A stretch of 64,000 nt of DNA from Squalus acanthias. Taxonomy: Eukaryota. Shown in pieces: positions 37,322 through 51,773 of this stretch. The translations under genes and the position numbers were made by a program. The DNA lies in assembly GCA_030390025.1 (NCBI GenBank), contig CM059432.1, forward strand, positions 76,882,001 through 76,946,000. Direction: 5' to 3'. Below the pieces are notes generated by a model. That model searched no databases. It was not told the origin of the DNA and worked only from the letters and a program-made list of their open reading frames with translations. Within the stretch, counting starts at the first letter, position 1. Each line of letters opens with the position of its first letter.

Positions 37322-38064
37322 GGCCCAGAAATTAAACACCGAGTGTTCACGCGGGGGTAAGGCTTCCCGCGATATCTCACTCGCGCCTACCTTTTTCCTC
37401 CGGGCCCACACGAACTTTAGTTTCAAGGCTGCAGCTGTGCAGTGCTTGCGTGACCCAGAGACGCAATTAGTTTGTGCGAGCTCTGGGATCACATGATTCA
37501 GTTAGAGCCAATGGCAGCACACCATCTTTCATTCATAGTTTTGACAGCAAGGGCTGTCAAAGCTATGAATACTATACCCCCCCAAAAGAACAGCTAAACC
37601 TCAATTAAATTAAAAAAAAAGCCATCACATTAATAAAATAAGTATAGTTAAATAAATTAACCACTTTAAACAAAAAATTAAATTTTTGAAAAAAATTTTA
37701 AATCTTTTTAAAAGTTATAAAAATAAACTTACCTTTCTTTAAAGTCTCTAAAAAAGATAAACATGTTGAAAAAAATTTAAAATAATACTTAATTAACTAC
37801 TTACCTTGTTAAAAGAGGGTCTTACGCCTCCTTTCTTTATGTGTAAAACCTTCCATGCTTACCTGCGCGTTCAAAGCACTAAGTGCACTGCGTGCGTGCA
37901 GCCTGTAGCGCGCACGCGGTTCACTTAGGAACCGCCCCCTTTTGAATTCATGAAGTGCCGGTTTCCCGCGCATGCGCAGTGCATGCTGGAAACCGACAAT
38001 TGGAGACCTAAAACGCGAGAGTACACAGTGCGTACTCTCGCGTATTAGGTCTAATTTTCGGGCC
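37322..38064. mobile_element. Harbinger-type MITE with AT-rich centre
   Basis: TIRs ggcccagaaatta / taattttcgggcc; TSD ATC; interrupts CR1. Confidence 0.85.
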
Positions 38065-39146
38065 ATCATTTGCTTTCCTAATTGCTTGCTGTACCTGCAT
38101 GTTAACTTTCAGTGATTCGTGTACAAGGACACCCAGGTCCCTCTGAACACCAACATTTCCCAATCTCTCACCATTTAAAAAATACTCTGCTTTTTATTTT
38201 TCCTACCAAAGTGGATAACTTCACATTTCTCCACATTATATTCCATTTGCCATGTACTTGCCCACTCACTTAGCCTGTCTATATCCCCTTGAAGCCTCTT
38301 TGCATCCTCCTCACAACTTACATTCCCACCCAGCTTTGTATCATCAGCAAATTTGGATATATTACATTTGGTCCCCTCATCCAAATCATTGATGTAGATT
38401 GTGAATAGCTGAGGCCCAAACACTGATCCTTGTGGTAACCCACTAGTTACAGCCTGCCAACCCGAAAATGACCCATTTATTCCTACTCTATGTTTTCTGT
38501 CTGTTAACCAATCCTCAATCCATGCTAGTATATTACCCCCAATCCCCTGAGCCCTAATTTTGTTTAATAACCGCTTGTGTGGCACCTTATCGAATGCCTT
38601 CTGATAATCCAAATACACCACATCCACTGGTTCCTCCTTATCTATTCTGTTAGTTACAACCTCAAAAAACTGTAACAGATTTGTCAAACATGATTTCCCT
38701 TTCATAAATCCGTGTTGACTCTGCCTAATCCTATTATTATTTTCTAAGTGCCCAGTTACCACGTCCTTAATAATAGATTCTACCATTTTCCCTACTACTG
38801 ATGTCAGGCTAACTGGTCTGTAGTTCCCTGTTTTCTCTCTCCCTCCTTTCTTAAATAGTGGGGTTATATTTGCTACCTTCCAATCCACGGGAACCGTTCC
38901 AGAATCAATGGAATTTTGGAAAATGACAACCAATGCATCCACTATCTCTATAGCCACCTCTTTCAAAACCCTAGGATGTAGGCCATCAAGTCCAGGGGAT
39001 TTGTTATCTTTCAGTCCCATTAATTTCTCCAGTACTATTTTTTTACTAATTCTAATTTCTTTCAGTTCCTCATTCTCGCTGGAGCCTTGGTTCTCCACTA
39101 TTTCCGGGAAGTTTTTTGCGTCTTCTTCCATGAAGACAGACACAAA

Positions 39147-39982
39147 GGGCTGGATTTTACTCACCGAGACGCATTGGAGGCGGGACTGCTTCCTTCCGGG
39201 TTCTAGTCCCGCCCCCAGCGACATCCGACGCACCGACGTTATTTTCCCCTGATTGGCCTTGTTAAGTCCGCCCTGCAGGCTTGCTGGCCAATTAAGGGAA
39301 AGCCGGTGTCAGATGACATCAGTTGACGATGCTTCATCTGCCGGTTTTCTTAAAGGCACATGAGCCATAAATTTTTGACAGATTATTTGACAGTGTTTGA
39401 CAGCATTGAGGTGCTGTCAAACACTGACAATCACTGTACACAGGTGAGCCCTTGCTCCCAGGCTCTCCAGTGACTCTCTCCTTAGGATGAAACAGATGGC
39501 AGCTGCAGGTGAGGGTACAGAAGTGATCTGTCACTTCTCCCATTGAGGTGAAGCCACACAAACACTTCAAAGCTTGTCACCTACAGAAAAATCTAAATAC
39601 ATTAAAAATGACTTTCCCAACATTTCCTTACCTCTGATGCTCACCAGTGTCCCATTGCATCCTTCACACCACTCCTGCAGCTGTCATCTATACACCAACA
39701 TAACAACAGACCCACAGCACGCCTCACTTACCCTGGCGGGGTTCCCCGACATTGGGAAGCCCACAGCAGAAGTCTAAAAATTGGAAAAAGCCTCTCGTTA
39801 AGTGGCTATAATCCTCTTCCCGCCACTAGGAGTTGAGTACCTGTGCAAATCAGGGACCTGACTCCCGGAAGATTTGTCGGAGGCAGGTTGGGAGTGGGTT
39901 CAGGACCCGCTCCCATTCTTTTTGACTTGCCCAGTAGTCCCACCTCCAAACCCACCTCCTCAGGGCTGGTAAAATCCAGCCC
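39147..39982. mobile_element. Harbinger-type MITE
   Basis: Perfect TIRs gggctggattttac / gtaaaatccagccc; TSD AAA. Confidence 0.9.
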
Positions 39983-40020
39983 AAAGTATTTGTTTAATTT
40001 CTTGCCATTTCCTTATTCAT

Positions 40021-42345
40021 AGAAGAAACATAGAAACATAGAAGATAGGAGCAGGAGTAGGCCATTCGGCCCCTCTAGCCTGCTCCACCATTCAATGCGA
40101 TCATGGCTGATCATCCAAATTCAGAACCCTGTCCCTGCTTTCTCCCCATACCCCTTGATCCCTTTAGCCTTAAGAAATATATCCAACTCCTTCCTGAATA
40201 TATTTAATGAATTGGCCTCTACTGCCTTCTGTGGTAGAGGATTCCACAGGTTCACCACTCTCTGGTTGAAGAAATTCCTCCTCATTTCTGTCCTAAATGG
40301 CTTACCCCTTATCCTTAGACTGTGACCCCTGGTTCTGGACTCCCCGACCATCGGGAACATCCTTCCTGCATCTAGTCTGTCCAGTCCTTTCAGAATTTTA
40401 TAAGTTTCAATGAGATCCCCTCTCATTCTTCTAAACTCCAGCGAGTATAAGCCCAATCGACCCAATCTCTCCTCATACGTTATTCCTGCCATCCCAGGTA
40501 TCAGCCTTGTGAATCTTCGCTGTACTCCTTCCATGGCAAGAACATCCTTCCTCAGATAAGGTGACCAAAACTGCACACAATACTCAAGATGTGGTCTCAC
40601 CAAGGCCCTGTACAACTGCAGCAAGACATCCTTGTTCCTGTACTCAAACCCTCTCGCTACGAAGGCCAACATACCATTTGCCTTCTTAACCGCCTGCTTA
40701 CCTTCAGCGACTGGTGCACAAGGACACCCAGGTCTCGTTGCACTTCTCCTTTTCCCAATCTATTGTCATTCAGATAATAATCTGCCTTCCTGTTTTTGAC
40801 ACCAAAGTGGATAACCTCGCATTTATCCACGTTATATTGCATCAGCCATGCTTCTGCCCAGTCACCCAACCTGTCCAAATCATCCTGGAGTGTCTCGGTA
40901 TCCTCCTCACAGCACACACACCCACCCAGCTTTGTGTCGTCTGCAAACTTGGAGATATTACATCTGGTTCTCTTGTCTAGATCATTAATATATATTGTGA
41001 ATAGCTGGGGTCCAAGGACCGATCCCTGTGGAACCCCACTAGTCACTGCCTGCCACTCGGAAAAAGACCCGTTTATTCCAACTCTTTGCTTTCTGTCTGC
41101 CAACCAGTTCTCTATCCAAGTCAATACCTTGCCCCCAATCCCATGTGCCTTAACTTTACATGCTAATCTCTTATGCGGGACCTTATCGAAAGCCTTTTGA
41201 AAGTCCAAATACACCACATCCACTGGTCCTCCCTTATCTATTTTACCAGTTACATCCTCAAAAAATTGCAGTAGATTAGTCAAGCACGATTTACCTTTTG
41301 TAAATCCTGTCACTGTTTTCCAAGTGCTCTGCTATTACATCTTTTATAATGGACTCTAGCATTTTCCCCACTACCGATGTCAGGCTTACGGTCTGTAATT
41401 CCCCGTTTTCTCTCTACCATCTTTTTTGAATAGTGGGGTAACATTAGCTACCCTCCAATCCATGGGTATTGTTCCAGATTTCATCGAATGTTGGAAGATG
41501 ATCAGCAATGCATCTACTATTTCTAGGGCCACTTCCTTAAGTACCCTACGATGTAGATTATCAGGCCCTGGGGATTTATCGGCCTTCAATCCCTTCAATT
41601 TCCCTAACACCATTTCCCTACAAATACTGATTTCTTTCAGTTCCTCCCTTTCATCAGACCCTCTGTTCCCCGACATCTCTGGGAGGTTATTTGTGTCCTC
41701 CTTTGTGATGACAGAACCAAAATATGTATTTAATTGGTCTGCCATTTCTTTGTTCCCCATTATAAGTTCCCCTAATTCTGACTGCAAGGGACCTATGCTT
41801 GACTTCACCAATCTTTTTCTTGTCACATATCTATAAAAGCTTTTACAGTCAGTTTTTATGTTCCCTGCAAGCTTCCTCTCATATTCTATTTTCCCCTTCT
41901 TAATTAATCCCTTTGTCCTCCTTTGTTGAATCCTAAACTGTTCCCAATCCTCAGGTTTACTGCTTTTTCTGGCCAATTTATATGTCCTCTCCTTGGATCT
42001 TATGCTATCCCTAATTTCCCTTGTTAGCCACGGTTGAGTCACCTTTTTTGTTTTATTCTTATGCCAAACTGGGATGAACAAATTCTGTAGTTCATCCATG
42101 CGGTCTTTGAAAGTTTGCCATTGCCTATCCACCGTCAACCCTTTGAGTGACATTCCCCAATCAATCCTACCCAACTCGCACCTCATACCATCGTAGTTTC
42201 CTTTATTTAAATTCAGGACCCTAGTCTCTGAGTCAACTACTTCACTCTCCATCTTAATGAAGAATTCTATCATATTATGATCGCTCTGACCCAAGGGGCT
42301 TCGCACAACAAGATTGCTAATTAATCCTTTCTCATTACATAATAA
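40021..42345 (-). mobile_element. 5'-truncated CR1
   Basis: ORFs 41386-42306, 40657-41313, 40121-40672; (ttctatgt)n tail at 40021-40045. Confidence 0.95.
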
Positions 42346-43375
42346 TTCCCCATTATAACTTCTCCTGTCAAAGCCTGTAAGGGACCCACATTTACTTTCG
42401 CTAATCTTTTCGTTTTTACATACCTATAGAATCTTTTACAGTCTATTTTTATGTCTCTCGCTAGTTTACTCTCATGTTCTATTTTCCCTTTCATTATCAT
42501 AAACAACTATTTGCACTTTCTAAGCAAGGCCTTTATGCTTCAGTTTTCACAAAGAAGGACTGAATTGTGAAATGTGATTCTGACACATTGGTAAAAATCC
42601 TGGGACCCTAAGTAATAAAGCAAAATTGAACTTACTCAGTCACCGTAAAGCAGTGACCCTGGTCAGCCTTATATTCAGGGTTGTTTTTAAGCTGGTTGTT
42701 ATTTGAGTTGTCAGCTGCTTTGGGAGCTGTTCCAGGTTTTGTGAAGATGCTTGTCAGCTTTTGTCACGTTTCTTAGGCTGGCATGTACAAAGAAATGGAG
42801 GAAAAAGTATTTCAGAGAGTGAGAGATGTGTTAGGAAAAGGAGAAGAGTAAAGGAAAGGGTGGAAAAAGAGGGAAAATGAAATGCATTAAGAAAGACACA
42901 ATGTTGGGACAAAAGAGAGAGAGAGCCAAGACAGGTGCAATTGTGTGTGGCGGGGGGGTGGATGAGAGCATTGTTTGGACACACTTACACAGAGTAATGG
43001 CTTCTGCATATGGAAAACACTCAGCTGACCAAAAGCAATTAGCAGTTTCTAAGCTCATCAGTTATTCACAGTGAGTACGCCAATGTTTAATCTTTGATTA
43101 GTAGCTTTCAGGCCACTTTGAAAATATTCTTAACTCACTTCTATTTTACTGGCAGCTCATTTTTATTTTGCACCTAATAAGTTCATAAGGGGGTGCAGTG
43201 GTCACAAATTGGCCTTTTATCTCTGGGATCTGAATTTGAATCCAGCCTAAACTGATTGGATGAAAGTCTTTGTGATCACTAGGGTCCTATATGAAGTGTA
43301 TTTGGCTAGTCTTAGCCCAGCTTCCAGGAGACCAAGGCATAAAACTGACAGTCTCACTCAGAGGCCACAGTATGC

Positions 43376-46153
43376 CCGGTGATTTTTTCAATGGAGGCGG
43401 GTTGGGTGCGGGTCAGGTGGTTTCCAGCTTCAAGTCCCGCCCCCAACTGCATCCGGCCCACAGACGTGGTTTTACGTTGATTGACCTTGTTAAGCCTGCC
43501 CTGCGGGCTTGCCGGCCAATTAAGAGGAAGCCGGTCAGGTGACGTCATTTGATGACGTGTCATCTGCCGGTTTTCTTAAAGGGACTACGCACAATTTTGT
43601 TTGACAGCTGATTTCTCAGTGTTTGACAGCACTGAGGTGCTGCAAACACTGACAATCACTGTGCAAAGGTGAGCTCTTGCACCCAGGCTCTCTAATGACT
43701 CCCTCCATAGGCTGGAATAGATGGCAGCTGCAGTTGAGGTGACAGAAGCAATCTGTCACTGGTGAGAGAGGTTCTCCCAATGAGGTGGCAATGGATTTCA
43801 AAACTTGTTACCTAAAGAAATGTGTAAATGCATTAAAAATGAATTTCCCAACATTTTCTTACCTCTGAGACTCACCGGTGCACCATTGGATCCTTCACAC
43901 CTCTTCTGCAGCTGTCATCAATCCAGAAACATTACAGCAGACTCACAACACACCACACTTACCTGGCGTGGTGTCTGGACATTGGGAAACTCGAGGCAGA
44001 AGCGGCAAAATTAAAAAATAGCCTGTCAACTGTTATCAACTACCTGTTAATAGGCAGGTAATTGGCTTTAATCCTCTTCCTGCTGCTAGGTGTCGGGTCC
44101 ATGCACAAATCGGGGACCCGACACTTGGGAAAATTGTTTGGAGGCGGGTTGACGGTGGAATCGCAACCCGCCATCAATCAAAACAATTTTACCCTTTGAG
44201 GGGGAAAATAGAGTACGAGCATAAGCTTGCAGGGAACATAAAAACTGACTGTAAAAGCTTTTAGAAATATGTGAAGAGAAAAAGATTGGTGAAGTCAAGC
44301 GTAGGTCCCTTGCAGTCAGAATCAGGGGAATTTATAATGGGGAACAAAGAAATGGCAGACCAATTAAATACATACTTTGGTTCTGTCTTCACAAAGGAGG
44401 ACACAAATAACCTCCCAGAGATGTCGAGGAACATAGGGTCTAATGAGAAGGAGGAACTGAATAAAATCAGTATTTGTAGGGAAATGGTGTCAGGGAAATT
44501 GATGGCATTAAAGGCCGATAAATCCCCAGGGCCTGATAATCTACATCCTAGGGTACTTAAGGAAGTGGCCGTGGAAATGGTAGATGCATTGCTGGTCATC
44601 TTCCAAAATTCTATAGACTCTGGAACAGTTCCCATGGATTGGAGGGTAGCTAATGTTACCCCACTGTTCAAAAAAGGTGGTAAAGAAAAAACGGGGAATT
44701 ACAGACCGGTAAGCCTGACATCAGTTGTGGGGAAAATGCTAGAATCCATTATAAAAGATGTAATAGCGGAGCACTTGGAAAACAGTGACAGGATTGGACA
44801 AAGTCAACATGGATTTACAAAAGGTAAATCGTGCTTGACTAATCTACTGGAATTTTTTGAGGATGTAACTGATAGAATAGATAAGGGAGAACCAGTGGAT
44901 GTGGTGTATTTGGACTTTCAGAAGGCTTTCGATAAGGTCCCGCATAAGAGATTAGCGTGTAAAGTTAAGGCACATGGGATTGGGGGCAAGGTACTGACTT
45001 GGATAGAGAACTGGTTGGCAGACAGGAAGCAAAGAGTTGGAATAAACGGGTCTTTTTCCGAGTGGCAGGCAGTGACTAGTGGGGTTCCGCAGGGATCGGT
45101 CCTAGGACCCCAGCTATTCACAATATATATTAATGATCTAGACGAGGGAACTAGATGTAATATCTCCAAGTTTGCAGATGACACAAAGCTGGGTGGGCGT
45201 GTGTGCTGCGAGGAGGATGCCGAGAAACTCCAGTATGATTTGGACAGGTTGGGTGATTGGGCAGAAGCATGGCAGATGCAGTATAATGTGGATAAATGCA
45301 AGGTTATCCACTTTGGTGGCAAAAACAGAAAGGCAGATTATTATCTGAATGGCAATAGATTGGGTAAAGGGGAAGTGCAACGAGACCTGGGTGTCCTTGT
45401 GCACCAGTCGCTGAAGGTAAGCATGCAGGTACAGCAGGCGGTGAAGAAGGCAAATGGTATGTTGGCCTTCGTAGCGAGAGGGTTTGAGTACAGGAACAAG
45501 GATGTGTTGCTGCAGCTGTACAGGGCCTTGGTGAGACCACACCTTGAGTATTGTGTGCAGTTTTGGTCGCCTTATCTGAGGAAGGATGTTCTTGCCATGG
45601 AGGGTGTGCAGCGAAGATTCACCAGACTGATACCTGGGATGGCAGGAATGAAGTACGAGGAGAGATTGGGTCGATTGGGCTTATACTCGCTGGAGTTTAG
45701 AAGAATGAGAGGAGATCTCATTGAAACTTATAAAATTCTAACAGGGCTAGACAGACTGGATGCAGGAAGGATGTTCCCGATGGCGGGTGAGTCCAGAACA
45801 AGAGGTCAGTCTAAAGATAAGGGGTAAGCCATTTAGGACAGAGATGAGGAGGAATTTCTTCACCCAGAGAATGGTGAACCTGTGGAATTCTCTACCACAG
45901 AAGGCAGTTGAGGCCAAGTCAGTAAATATATTCAAGAAGGAGTTAGATATATTTCTTAAGGCTAAAGGTATCAAGGGATATGGGGAGAAGGCAGGGACAG
46001 GGTACTGAGTTTAGATGATCAGCCATGATCTCATTGAATGGCGGAGCAGGCTCGAGGGGCCGAATGGCCTACTCCTGCTCCTATCTTCTATGTTTCTATG
46101 TTTCTTTGACCCGCCTCCAAACCCGCCCTCTGAGCACCGGCAAAATCCAGCCC
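43376..46153. mobile_element. Harbinger-type MITE (relative of 39147-39982) split by CR1
   Basis: 43480-44160 homologous to 39250-39915; right TIR aaaatccagccc at 46142-46153; left end degenerate. Confidence 0.7.
44200..46105 (+). mobile_element. Young 5'-truncated CR1 with 518-aa uninterrupted RT ORF
   Basis: ORF 44271-45827 holds the RT domain; 3' stem-loop and (ttctatgt)n tail. Confidence 0.96.
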
Positions 46154-47009
46154 TCTCAGTGCAAACATCCCTTACCTTCGAGCTCAAAAACTCGGAAAAG
46201 TTCTTAAAAATAAAAATGTAGCAAGAAAATGTTTTTTCCCATCAAGCCTTTCCCTTTCATATATTAAATATAATCAACTATATTGGACTGTACCAAACTA
46301 GAAGAAATGTTTTGCAAGGTATATCCTTGCCACCCCCTCTTTCCGTACCCCAAAGATATGTCAAGCAAAACCCAAGACTTACCTAACCCTCCATTATATA
46401 TCTAGACCATTCTCATTCCTCGGCATTATCCTAGCTGCTCAGAAACCAACATGTTCCACACAGCATTCAATTATCGCCCCCTGTTATTGATCCACAGTGC
46501 TATTCCTAACAATTAATGAACACCACTTTGTGTACTTTAGCTGTGAGTCTAGCCCACAGAATACATTTTAAGGGACTCCACTCCCAGCACAAAGCCTCAT
46601 CCAATTGGAGTGCAGATTAGAGGTTTTTAACTAACAGAAAATTTGGAGCACCATGAGTCAGGCACACTGACCTCCACACCTGATTCTCAGATCTGTGCAC
46701 ATGTCAGGCAAGACTGCACCTGAAATGGAATCTCCAGAAATTTACCCCATCTACACTCTGCTTCGTGGGGATAAAATTCCATGATAATCTCAGGTCTTGT
46801 GGCTTATAACTCAGGCAGAATAAATCCAAAGTGGCTGATGAGGTTTCAGTGTTGGATGTTAAACTTGTAGAGTACACATGTGCCAATATTTTTTTTATTT
46901 TGCCCATCTCTGGTGACTTTTACGCTCAACAAACTGAGGGACGTGTGAAGATGAAGTGAAGATTGAGATTTTCCCTTATTCTTGAATGCACACAAAGAAA
47001 AAATAGAAT

Positions 47010-49155
47010 AACAACTTGAATTTATATAGCGCATTTAATGTAGTAAAACGTCCCAAGGTGCTGCACAGGAGTATTTTAAGACGAATTAGGGCAGGTGACC
47101 AAAATCTTGGTCAAAGAGGTAGGTTTTAAGGAGCGTCTTAAAGGAGGAAAGAGAGGTAGAGAGGCGGAGAGGTTTAGGGAGGAAATTCCAGAGCTTAGGG
47201 CCTAGGCAACAGAAGGCATGGCCACCAATGGTTGAGCGATTATAATCAGGGATGCTCAAGAGTGCAGAATTAGAGGAGCGCAGATATCTCGGGGGGTTGT
47301 GGGGCTGAAGGAGATTACAGAGATAGGAAGGGGCGAGGCCATGGAGGGATTTGAAAACAAGGATGAGAATTTTGAAATCGAGGCGCTGCTTAACCGGGAG
47401 CCAATGTAGGTCAGCGAGCACAGGGGTGATGGGCGAATGGGACTTGGTGCGGGTTAGGACACGGGCAGCTGAGTTTTGGATGACCTCAAGTTTATGTAGG
47501 GTGGAATGTGGGAGGCCAGCCAGGAGTGCATTGGAATAGTCAAGTCTAGAGGTAACAAAGGCATGGATGAGGGTTTCAGCAGCGGATGAGCAGAGGCAAG
47601 GGTGGTGACAGGTGATGTTACAGAGGTGGAAATAGGCGGTCTTAGTTATGCCGTGCATATGTGGTTGGAAACTCATTTCAGCGTAAAATATGACAACAAG
47701 GTTGCGAACAGTGTGGTTCAGCCTCAGACAGATGTTAGGGAGCGGGATGGAGTCACTGGCTAGGGAACGGAGTTTGTGGCGGGGACCGAAAACAATGGCT
47801 TCGGTTGTGAAGGAATAAGCCATATAACCTATTCAGAAAAAAACATGAAAGAATTCTGGCCTTATTAAAACATGACAAACTGGGTTTGGAAATTTAGAAG
47901 CCTAACTATGAAATAGCTATGAAAGCATTCTGGCTATTGAGATAAGATAGTTGTTGACACTGAATCGATAACCTTATTGAAACAAAAGGTTAAAGGCTCC
48001 CGACAGGCTGACCTTTGGGAATGAAACAATGGTTCACCCTGGATAAGGTGTTCTAATTTACACCTCATAAAGAAGCACAAACATCTACCTTCGTAAAAAT
48101 GACATCAAGTAAAAAACACACCTGCCGTCACACCGTGTTTTATGGTAAACTTAGAACACCTAGAGAGGAGACATAATTCTGTAATGCTACCAGCTGAGGT
48201 GACTGTAAGAATTGTAGGGGTCAGCAGAAAAATGACTAGAGATAATCAGCAGAAAACCTTAAAGGAAATACCACTCGAAAAGGGTATAAATATTGAACTC
48301 TCAAATGGGATAGTAGACTCGCTTTAATCGGGCAAAGCGATTCTTGGCTTCAGAGGTGGCTCTGTAAGTCTCCAACTCTTTGTACCTTGGGGATCAAAGG
48401 TATTTGATTTTGGTGGATATCCTGAATAGAACTTTAAGAACTGTAAAACTGTAGCGAAGTTAAGATTTGAAAGTAAGGTTCTCTGATAATAAGATTGTGA
48501 GCTTTCTCTTTTTGGAACCTTGCGATTGACTCACCAACTGTAAACTGCATGTCGGTTCTTTAATAAATCTATATATTTTTAGAATTGTCTCACATAAGAC
48601 TTCTGTATCAAACTCGCGAACTCAATCTCTGTACACTCTTTGGTGAGGAGTTGCAGAATTCTGGGGGAGTTTTCCAGACTCTCATAATATCCGAAACGTT
48701 ACAGTCTAGCTAAACTTATTAAAAGTGCTATCTGGAGGACGGTAACATTTTCAGGTTGTTCCTTTCCTTTAGGAAGAGATAGTCCGGACCTTTAGACCCA
48801 ATTAAGCGTCTTTAGGATTCGGCTACCTCAAACTTTAGTTGAAAGTGAACGTCTTGAGAAATACGCCTGATCCAGGGTAGCCCTAAAGGGGTTAGGACTA
48901 GTAATTATCCCATCACGGTCTTCCCAATATTTAATTGGAGAAAATTTTTGCTCATCCAGAACTGTCGGACAAGCAGTCTGACAAGTTAGACACCGTGGAG
49001 GGGTCGAGAGGAGGTAGTGAGGTAGAGCTGGGTGTCGTCAGCGTACATGTGGAAACTGACGCTGTGTTTTCAAATGATGTCACCAAGGGGCAGCGTGTAG
49101 ATGAAAAATAGGAGAGGGCCAAGGATAGATCCTTGGGGGACACCAGAGGTAACGT
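47010..49155 (-). mobile_element. L2 LINE 3' part interrupted by a solo LTR
   Basis: ORF 47086-47823 (HAFVTSRLDYSNALL, LHWLPVKQR); YADD-encoding piece at 48920-49155. Confidence 0.9.
47806..48915 (+). mobile_element. 1110-bp solo LTR (ERV/Gypsy-type)
   Basis: TG...CA termini; 4-bp TSD CGGT (47802-47805, 48916-48919); TATAAA ~48284; AATAAA ~48562. Confidence 0.88.
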
Positions 49156-51136
49156 CCTTACATTGGTTTCTTATCGTGGAGAACATCAATTGATCCTCCT
49201 TCAGCATCAGTCACAGCACTAAAGCATGCAGCTAGGTGGGGAAATTGGTAGTGTAGATGCACAGTAGGATATTCTGGCTCTCTATGCATAAGGGCCGCTC
49301 TTTTTTCCCAAAAAGTGACAGTAGTGGAAAAAATTGGGAGAAATTTGTGCATTCAACAAATGAGCTTAAACCAACAATATTTAGAATTCAGTTCTGTGCT
49401 CATATCTATTCTACATGACTTCTTATTTGTGTTATTACTGTGTTCCAGTCACTGCTTGTTTAACTTGAAGGAAGGGGAGAAGTGTCAGAGAGATTAGCAC
49501 TTAGTAGGAGCATGGATTCAAGAATAGTAACTTTTTTGACGTGATGCCAATTCGGCGCACCAGAGTTTAACGCCTGAAGCTAATGAAAATTTCAGATGCA
49601 GATAAAATTGGGTCTGGGGCTTTGGCTTTCCCACCTTGGAAAATATTACTGCAATGGAGGAAATATTAAGCCGGATTTTGCAGTCAGCGGCGAACAAACG
49701 GCACTCGCTGTTCAGTGCACTTGCACTTCCCCACAGACTTTCTGGGCTTTTACATCGCGATTTGTGGTAATTAGGGTGAGAAAACAGCGCGGCCCCCTCT
49801 ACTGTGTGAACAGAGCAAGCAACGGCGTGTCCCCTCAACCAATCAGATTGAAGAATCCTTACTGAGACTCGCATAGGTTAATTTAAACCCCTAAAAATGG
49901 GTGGGTTTAGGTCAGGTGGGATGTTAAAAATTTTAAAATCTTAAACCCGAACCCAACCAGCCTTGACCCCGCCCACTTCCGGTTATAATGGAGACGGGAC
50001 AGTAGGCAAGCAATCTACCCGCTCCCAGGAGGCAGGTGACTCATTTAATTATTTTAATGAGGCTGCATGCCTCAGATTTTCTCTCTCTTCCAGCTTTAAC
50101 GGCTTCCCCCGGTCCACCAAGCTAACCTGCTTCCCTCCCAGCGATCGGACCCCCTCACAATCCACGACCCCCTCCCCCCCCATCTCTGCCCTTGATCTCT
50201 CTCCAATCCCCTACGATCACCCGACCCACCAAGCCACGCTGTACCTACCCCCCACCTCACGATCTCTACCTCAGAAGCACAAACTTACCTGCTCCTGGGC
50301 TGCGGCCTCTTCTTCCCCGCCCGACTGAACATCAAGATAACGTAACTCAATCACTCAGGTATTCGTTAGCAAGTTTAATGATTTTTCTCAACCAATACAT
50401 TTGTGAAAAGAAGTTAACGGAACTGTTGTAAACTTGTAATGTTAAGGCTCAGCTCAAATCCCTCCCAGTCAGTAAACTTAACGGAACCACCACTTTTACC
50501 TGAAAGTGAAGCACAAAAAAAATGATAGTTGGATCTGACCCATTTTTGGGAGGAACTGATACATTTGGACTGTCACCAGAACGTGTGAAAAGAGTTCTAC
50601 TATTGATCTCTTGGGGATATACGAAAAATGGCACTGTATCCAAAAAAAGACTGTGGCAAACAACTCATTTTGTCTTAATTCAATGAAGCAAATTATGTTA
50701 GAGCATATCTCCACATCACTTGCGTATGACATAATTGTATTTACAGCTGCTCCAGATCTTACTCCCCAGGTTACAAAAAGCTATTGCAATGGTTTTTCAT
50801 GAAGTCATATCCCTTTAAATATCGTTATATAACAGTGTTCCAACTGCTGATTGTTATTCAGTGACCTCTACCGGGAGTAAACATGTGTGGTCATCAAGAT
50901 AAGGGCAGGATCAGGCTGTGTGGTGATGCCCTCTATAATCATTTAGCCTGCTAATAATCACTGTCAAGACACACACATGAATGATGGTCAATTGAAAAAG
51001 ATTCTGGAGATTCACATCTGCTCATGAAACCTTAACCCTGCAAACAGTCAATGTCTTGAAGAAAGGAGAGGAGGAAAGAAAATTGGTGGAAGAAAAAATG
51101 CCAAAATATATTAAGAGCATTATGTACATTGTTAAG

Positions 51137-51773
51137 TTTACTAATAGACCTCAAAATTTCACTCACTCACTCATTTACTAATAGACCTCATAACTTCACT
51201 CACTCGTTTACCAATAGACCTCATAACTTCACTCACTCGTTTACTAATAGACTTCATAACTTCACTCACTCGTTTACTAATAGACTTCATAACTTCACTC
51301 ACTCGTTTACTAATAGACCTCATAACTTCACTCACTCATTTACTAATAGACCTCATAACTTCACTCACTCATTTACTAATAGACCTCATAACTTCACTCA
51401 CTCGTTTACTAATAGACTTCATAACTTCACTCACTCATTTACTAATAGACCTCATAACTTCACTCACTCGTTTACTAATAGACCTCATAACTTCACTCAC
51501 TCGTTTACTAATAGACTTCATAACTTCACTCACTCGTTTACTAATAGACCTCATAACTTCACTCACTCATTTACTAATAGACCTCATAACTTCACTCACT
51601 CGTTTACTAATAGACTTCATAACTTCACTCACTCATTTACTAATAGACCTCATAACTTCACTCACTCATTTACTAATAGACCTCATAACTTCACTCACTC
51701 GTTTACTAATAGACTTCATAACCTCACTCACTCGTTTACTAATAGACCTCATAACTTCACTCACTCACTCGTT
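51137..51773. repeat. 33-bp minisatellite, about 19 copies
   Basis: Unit tttactaatagac(c/t)tcataacttcactcactc(g/a), head to tail. Confidence 0.97.

Larger units (their letters stand above)
36337..42500 (-). mobile_element. CR1 interrupted by three MITEs and a younger CR1
   Basis: RT ORF 38175-39146; sequence resumes across each insertion. Confidence 0.82.

Noticed and set aside
38175..39233. 352-aa ORF with a novel N-terminus
   Set aside because: The first residues come from the MITE at 39147; the rest is CR1 RT.
42637..42778. Exon-like segment with acceptor and gtaagt donor on the minus strand
   Set aside because: All three frames contain stops.
50415..50499. Possible terminal exon GKSGGSVKFTDWEGFELSLNITSLQQFR on the minus strand
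   Set aside because: Only an acceptor-like site supports it.
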